Below are positions 14,732-18,816 of a stretch of DNA of 18,816 nucleotides, piece after piece (position 1 is the first letter of the stretch; every line of letters starts with the position of its first letter). The position numbers were made by a program, and so were the translations under genes. The stretch comes from an uncultured Bacteroidota bacterium. GTDB lineage: Bacteria; Bacteroidota; Bacteroidia; Bacteroidales; CG2-30-32-10. The stretch lies in the NCBI GenBank assembly GCA_903847905.1, contig CAINEZ010000237.1, forward strand, positions 1-18,816, read 5' to 3'. Below the pieces are notes generated by a model. It was not told where the DNA came from. It made no database searches and saw only the letters and a program-made list of their open reading frames with translations.

Positions 14732-14878
14732 ATATACGCCAAATAATATTTAATATAACACTACAAAATAGAACAAACTATTGGAAATTGACATAGATAA
14801 AAATTCATTTATTGCATAAATATTTTCTTCTATTCATTATTTTTTTTATAGTTTAGTCCCTCCAAAATATTTTTACTT

Positions 14879-17077
14879 ATGTCAGAACAAATTACAGAAA
14901 CAAAAAGTCTGCCCGAAAACGCTTATCGCGAATTAAAACAGGGCGAAGAATATAAACCCGTAATGCCAGCCAGTCAGCTGTTCCCTGAGGTTACACTTTG
15001 GTCGGTCGGGATGGGAATATTAATGGCGCTAATATTTTCGGCAGCAGCAGCTTATTCCGGATTAAAGATAGGGCAAGTGTTTGAAGCAGCCATTCCTATT
15101 TCAATTATTGCTGTAGGCGCTTCAGCAGCGGCAAAAAAGAAAAATGCACTTGGGCAAAATGTAATTATTCAAAGTATAGGAGCATGTTCCGGTGTTATTG
15201 TTGCCGGAGCAGTATTTACGATTCCCGGATTATATATTCTTCAGGCAAAGTATCCCGATATTGAAGTAAATTTCTGGCAAATATTTTTCTCTTCTTTATT
15301 AGGCGGTTTTCTTGGCATTTTATTTTTAATACCATTCAGAAAATATTTTGTAAAAGACATGCACGGAAAATTTCCTTTCCCTGAAGCAACTGCTACTACT
15401 GAAATTCTGATGACAGGTGAAAAGGGTGGCAGTCAGACAAAAATTCTTTTGATGTCGGGACTCATCGGTGGATTGTTCGATTTTGCATTCTCAACTTTTC
15501 GCTTATGGGACGATGTCCTTACAACCCGTATTATTCCTTTCGGAGAGACACTGGCTGAAAAAGCCAAGTTGGTTTTCAAATTGAATGTAAGTGCGCTGAT
15601 ATTTAGTTTCGGATATCTTGTCGGATTGCGATTTTCTTTGATTATTGTTGTCGGTTCTTTACTCTCATGGTGGGTGTTTATTCCTGTGATTCATGAAATA
15701 GGAAATATTGCTGCCAGTCTGGGTGGAGGCATTAATTTTACGGAAGACCTGAGCCCTGAAATGATTTTTAAACTTTATGTTAGGCCAATTGGTATTGGAG
15801 GAATTGCAATGGCCGGTATTATTGGTATCATCCGCTCTTCCGGTGTAATCGTCTCTGCCTTCAAACTTGCAGTTGGCGGTACAGGCGGAAAAAAAGGCGT
15901 AATTGAAAAACCCGAACGGACACAGCGTGACCTGAAAATGAATTTTGTGCTTATTTTAATTGCTTTGTTAATTATAGCAATATTTATCTTTCTCATTGCC
16001 GGTGTGCAGGTAACATTGATGCAGGCACTAATTGCTCTTGCCACTCTTGTAATAATAGCCTTTCTATTTACAACAGTAGCAGCAAATGCTATTGCTATTG
16101 TAGGCACCAACCCTGTTTCGGGAATGACTTTAATGACATTGATTATTGCTTGTATTATTCTTTCTGCTGTTGGACTTCACGGTTGGCATGGAATGGTAAG
16201 TTCGCTGGTGATCGGAGGAATTGTTTGTACAGCGCTTTCGATGGCAGGTGGATTTATTACCGACCTGAAAGTCGGCTACTGGCTTGGAACTAGCCCTTAT
16301 AAACAACAGTCATGGAAATTTCTTGGCACTTTGATTTCTGCTGCAGTTGTGGGCATTGTTATCTTTATGCTTGCAAAATCTTATGGATTTACATCTGAAC
16401 AATACGTGGAAAATCAGAAAACATTTACCACTGAACAGATGAAAGCCATTAAATACCATAATATGGATAATGCAAAGGTAAAGACATATGATGCATCTGT
16501 TATTAAAAACAAGGAAATGACAGTGGGACAATTGGCTTTGCTGAAAAAACAGGCTTCAGATACGGCTCTACTCAATAAATACAAAAAAACCATTGAAGGA
16601 GCCAAGCCGCTTGTTGCACCGCAGGCAAATGCTATGGCTGCTGTGATTGAACCCTTGATGACATCAGGCGCCAAGATATACTGGATATTATATTTAGTGG
16701 GAGCTGTAATCTCTTTTCTAATTTATTTGTTAGGAGTTTCCCCACTTGCTTTTGCTCTTGGAATGTTCATTCCGCTTGACCTCAACACACCTCTAATTGT
16801 AGGTGGACTTTTAGCGCATTGGTTTGGGAAAAGCACAAAAGATGAAAAACTGAATAATGCACGAACACAGCGCGGAACATTAATCGCTTCAGGATTTATT
16901 GCTGGAGCAGCATTATTTGGTGTCTTTGGAGCAATACTTTTGTTCTTTGGAGTAAACCCCGATTTAAATCTCTGGAAGGAAGGTAGTATTTGGCCGCAGA
17001 TAATTGCATTATTTATGTTTGTATTACTGATCTGTTATTTTATATGGGATTCATTCCGTGCAAAAAAAGAAGATTAA
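14879..17077 (+). CDS. OPT-family oligopeptide transporter
   Basis: 732 aa with about 16 TM segments. The family motif is KFPFPEATATTEIL. A hydrophilic ~90-aa loop lies between TM blocks. Confidence 0.88.
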   Translation: MSEQITETKSLPENAYRELKQGEEYKPVMPASQLFPEVTLWSVGMGILMALIFSAAAAYSGLKIGQVFEAAIPISIIAVGASAAAKKKNALGQNVIIQSIGACSGVIVAGAVFTIPGLYILQAKYPDIEVNFWQIFFSSLLGGFLGILFLIPFRKYFVKDMHGKFPFPEATATTEILMTGEKGGSQTKILLMSGLIGGLFDFAFSTFRLWDDVLTTRIIPFGETLAEKAKLVFKLNVSALIFSFGYLVGLRFSLIIVVGSLLSWWVFIPVIHEIGNIAASLGGGINFTEDLSPEMIFKLYVRPIGIGGIAMAGIIGIIRSSGVIVSAFKLAVGGTGGKKGVIEKPERTQRDLKMNFVLILIALLIIAIFIFLIAGVQVTLMQALIALATLVIIAFLFTTVAANAIAIVGTNPVSGMTLMTLIIACIILSAVGLHGWHGMVSSLVIGGIVCTALSMAGGFITDLKVGYWLGTSPYKQQSWKFLGTLISAAVVGIVIFMLAKSYGFTSEQYVENQKTFTTEQMKAIKYHNMDNAKVKTYDASVIKNKEMTVGQLALLKKQASDTALLNKYKKTIEGAKPLVAPQANAMAAVIEPLMTSGAKIYWILYLVGAVISFLIYLLGVSPLAFALGMFIPLDLNTPLIVGGLLAHWFGKSTKDEKLNNARTQRGTLIASGFIAGAALFGVFGAILLFFGVNPDLNLWKEGSIWPQIIALFMFVLLICYFIWDSFRAKKED

Positions 17078-17094
17078 CAAATACAAATAAATTA

Positions 17095-17143
17095 CTTGGC
17101 GCCTTTGCGTCCCTGCCTTGCCGGCAGTCAGGTTTGTGTGAAA
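17095..17143. repeat. Intergenic palindromic repeat, copy 1
   Basis: cttggcgcctttgcgtccCTGCCTTGCCGGCAGTCAGGtttgtgtgaaa. The core at 17112-17141 is about 85-90% identical to 18479-18510. Confidence 0.5.
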
Positions 17144-17159
17144 TTAAAAATAATTAATT

Positions 17160-18389
17160 ATGAAAAAAGAAATTCTTAACCGGTTTTTAAAATATGTAAA
17201 AATCGATACTCAGTCTGACGAAAATTCTCAGACATATCCTAGCACGGCAAAGCAATTCGACCTTGCAAAAGTATTGAAGGAAGAACTTATTGCTATGGGA
17301 TTAAAAGATGTTTCGATTGATGAACATTGTTACCTTATGGCAACACTTCCTGCTAACACTGATAAAAAAATTCCTAACATAGGTTTCATTTCCCATTTAG
17401 ACACAAGCCCTGATATGTCGGGAACAAATATAAAACCTCAGATATTAGAAAATTATAACGGTAAAGATATTGTTCTCGACAAAAAAAATAATGTTATACT
17501 GAACATAAAAGAATTTCCGGAATTGAAGATGTATGCAGGGCAAACGCTGATTACATCCGATGGCACAACTTTGCTTGGAGCTGATGATAAAGCCGGTGTT
17601 GCCGAAATAATTACCGCGGTTGATTATTTGATAAAGCATCCTGAAATAAAACATGGAAATATCAAAATAGGATTCACTCCCGACGAAGAAATAGGACGCG
17701 GTGTTGATAAATTTGATGTAAAAAAATTCGATGCTGAATTTGCTTATACCCTTGACGGTGGCCGCCTTGGCGAACTTGAGTTCGAAAATTTTAATGCTGC
17801 TCATGCTAAAGTAATTTTCAACGGAAGAAACATTCATCCGGGTTATGCAAAAGATAAAATGATCAATGCTATGATCCTTGCAATGGAATTCAACGGCATG
17901 TTACCTGTGAACGAAAGACCTGAATTTACTCAGGATTACGAAGGTTTTTATCACCTGATAAAAATGGAAGGCAGCGTTGAAAATGCCAGCATACAATATA
18001 TTATCCGCGATCATGACCGTGCAAAATTTGAAGCTAAAAAAGTTTTCATTAAACAAACAGTTGATTACATGAATCTCAAATACCGTGAAAACACTGTTGT
18101 TTTGGAGTTAAAAGACCAATACTTCAATATGCGTGAACAGGTAGAAAAAGTTTTTCATGTTGTTGAAACAGCTAAAAAAGCAATGGAATTGGTTGGTGTG
18201 GAACCAATAGTTGTTCCTATTCGCGGCGGCACCGATGGCGCAAGGCTTTCGTATATGGGTCTCCCCTGCCCTAACATTTTTGCCGGAGGACACAACTTCC
18301 ATGGTAAATATGAATATGTTTCTCTTGAAAGCATGGTGAAAGCAGTTGATATTATTATAAAAATTGTTGAACTTTATTCAGGAAAGTAA
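17160..18389 (+). CDS. pepT: Peptidase T (tripeptide aminopeptidase, M20B)
   Basis: 409 aa, colinear with E. coli PepT throughout. Matching segments include [65 protein letters not shown] and [19 protein letters not shown]. Confidence 0.93.
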   Translation: MKKEILNRFLKYVKIDTQSDENSQTYPSTAKQFDLAKVLKEELIAMGLKDVSIDEHCYLMATLPANTDKKIPNIGFISHLDTSPDMSGTNIKPQILENYNGKDIVLDKKNNVILNIKEFPELKMYAGQTLITSDGTTLLGADDKAGVAEIITAVDYLIKHPEIKHGNIKIGFTPDEEIGRGVDKFDVKKFDAEFAYTLDGGRLGELEFENFNAAHAKVIFNGRNIHPGYAKDKMINAMILAMEFNGMLPVNERPEFTQDYEGFYHLIKMEGSVENASIQYIIRDHDRAKFEAKKVFIKQTVDYMNLKYRENTVVLELKDQYFNMREQVEKVFHVVETAKKAMELVGVEPIVVPIRGGTDGARLSYMGLPCPNIFAGGHNFHGKYEYVSLESMVKAVDIIIKIVELYSGK

Positions 18390-18430
18390 TATCTTTTACA
18401 TAAAGGTATCCATAGAAACTCAAAAAATTA

Positions 18431-18537
18431 CCACTTAGACACTAAGTACACTTAGCTTCACTAAGAAATTTCTTAGTGCCTGCCTTGCCGGTAAGCAGGT
18501 TCCTGTGTGACCTATGTGCCTTAGTGGTAAAAAAAAT
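18431..18537. repeat. Composite intergenic repeat, copy 2, with cttagtg/cactaag modules
   Basis: It contains a perfect 20-nt palindrome CACTAAGAAATTTCTTAGTG (18459-18478). It also contains the core cctgccttgccggtaagcaggttcctgtgtga (18479-18510) and further cttag(t/a) modules, and ends in an A-run. Confidence 0.5.
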
Positions 18538-18612
18538 CATTTAGATAGTTTTTCAAGATGCCCTAAATAGATGATCATTATTCTTTAAATTCATTCCCTT
18601 TTAAAAGAAAAA

Positions 18613-18638
18613 GGGGAAGCCTTTGATAAAACTTCCCC
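18613..18638 (-). terminator. Rho-independent terminator candidate for a minus-strand gene entering from the right edge
   Basis: GGGGAAG (18613-18619) pairs with CTTCCCC (18632-18638) around a 12-nt loop. On the minus strand the hairpin is followed by TTTTTCTTTTAA (complement of 18601-18612). Confidence 0.45.
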
Positions 18639-18726
18639 TATCGGAAACCCTTCATAATATTAGCTGAAAGCAACAGGCAGTAAGGAAGGAGGCAAGGGTG
18701 TTCCGTTAATTACCGGCATACTTGAT

Positions 18727-18816
18727 TTATTTGATAGTAAGGTTTACAATTATGATAAATGTTATTACTGCCAGATAGATCAATACGTATACATTTTCTT
18801 TAATTATTGTTTTCAT
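18727..18816 (-). CDS. Possible small hydrophobic protein, or the C-terminal end of a CDS truncated by the window edge
   Basis: The reverse complement reads ATG AAA ACA ... = MKTIIKENVYVLIYLAVITFIIIVNLTIK*. The frame is open to the window edge, so the true start is unknown. Confidence 0.2.
   Translation of the reverse strand: MKTIIKENVYVLIYLAVITFIIIVNLTIK

Noticed and set aside
15775-18302. Minus-strand ORFs inside the OPT and pepT genes (15775-16110, 16310-16531, 16414-16674, 17445-17837, 18108-18302)
   Set aside because: These are antisense shadows of strongly supported CDSs.
1-18816. Mobile-element hallmarks around the ars-hgc cluster (integrase, transposase, tRNA attachment site, long direct repeats) and CRISPR arrays
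   Set aside because: I found none. The cluster is flanked directly by ade and gldH/uvrC with short gaps, so horizontal acquisition cannot be supported from this window alone.

Overview
AT-rich window (about one-third G+C by eye) with Bacteroidota-type content: gldH, TAnnTTTG-type promoter boxes, OPT transporter and PepT. It is almost entirely coding, with 23 well-supported CDSs, all but one on the + strand. The flanks are housekeeping: adenine deaminase on the left; gldH, uvrC, a NUDIX hydrolase, a patatin-like lipase, an OPT transporter and pepT on the right. The centre (about 2.05-10.7 kb) is a 15-gene co-directional cluster in which nearly every product carries a paired-cysteine motif. In order it encodes an ArsR-family regulator, a small thioredoxin-like CxxC protein and a second ArsR with a CC sensor pair. 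Next come three tandem paralogous secreted CxxC proteins, a DsbD_2/CcdA-like membrane protein, an ArsP-like permease (TPFCSCS) and an Acr3 arsenite pump. These are followed by two small Cys-rich proteins, a second DsbD-like membrane protein, a canonical hgcA/hgcB pair and an LMW-PTP-type ArsC. hgcA has the NVWCAAGK cap-helix motif plus a C-terminal TM domain, and hgcB has two 4Fe-4S motifs, Cys73 and a C-terminal CC. The main finding is that the mercury-methylation genes hgcAB sit inside an ars-type operon, between acr3 and arsC. They are preceded by uncharacterised Cys-rich and DsbD-like genes, and no arsM, arsA or arsD is visible. From the trx-like gene to hgcB the largest intergenic gap is 50 nt. 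I saw no rRNA, tRNA, CRISPR array, transposase or integrase. Small palindromic intergenic repeats flank pepT, and a related 18-nt core lies in-frame inside arsC. All family assignments rest on motifs read by eye and need HMM or BLAST confirmation.
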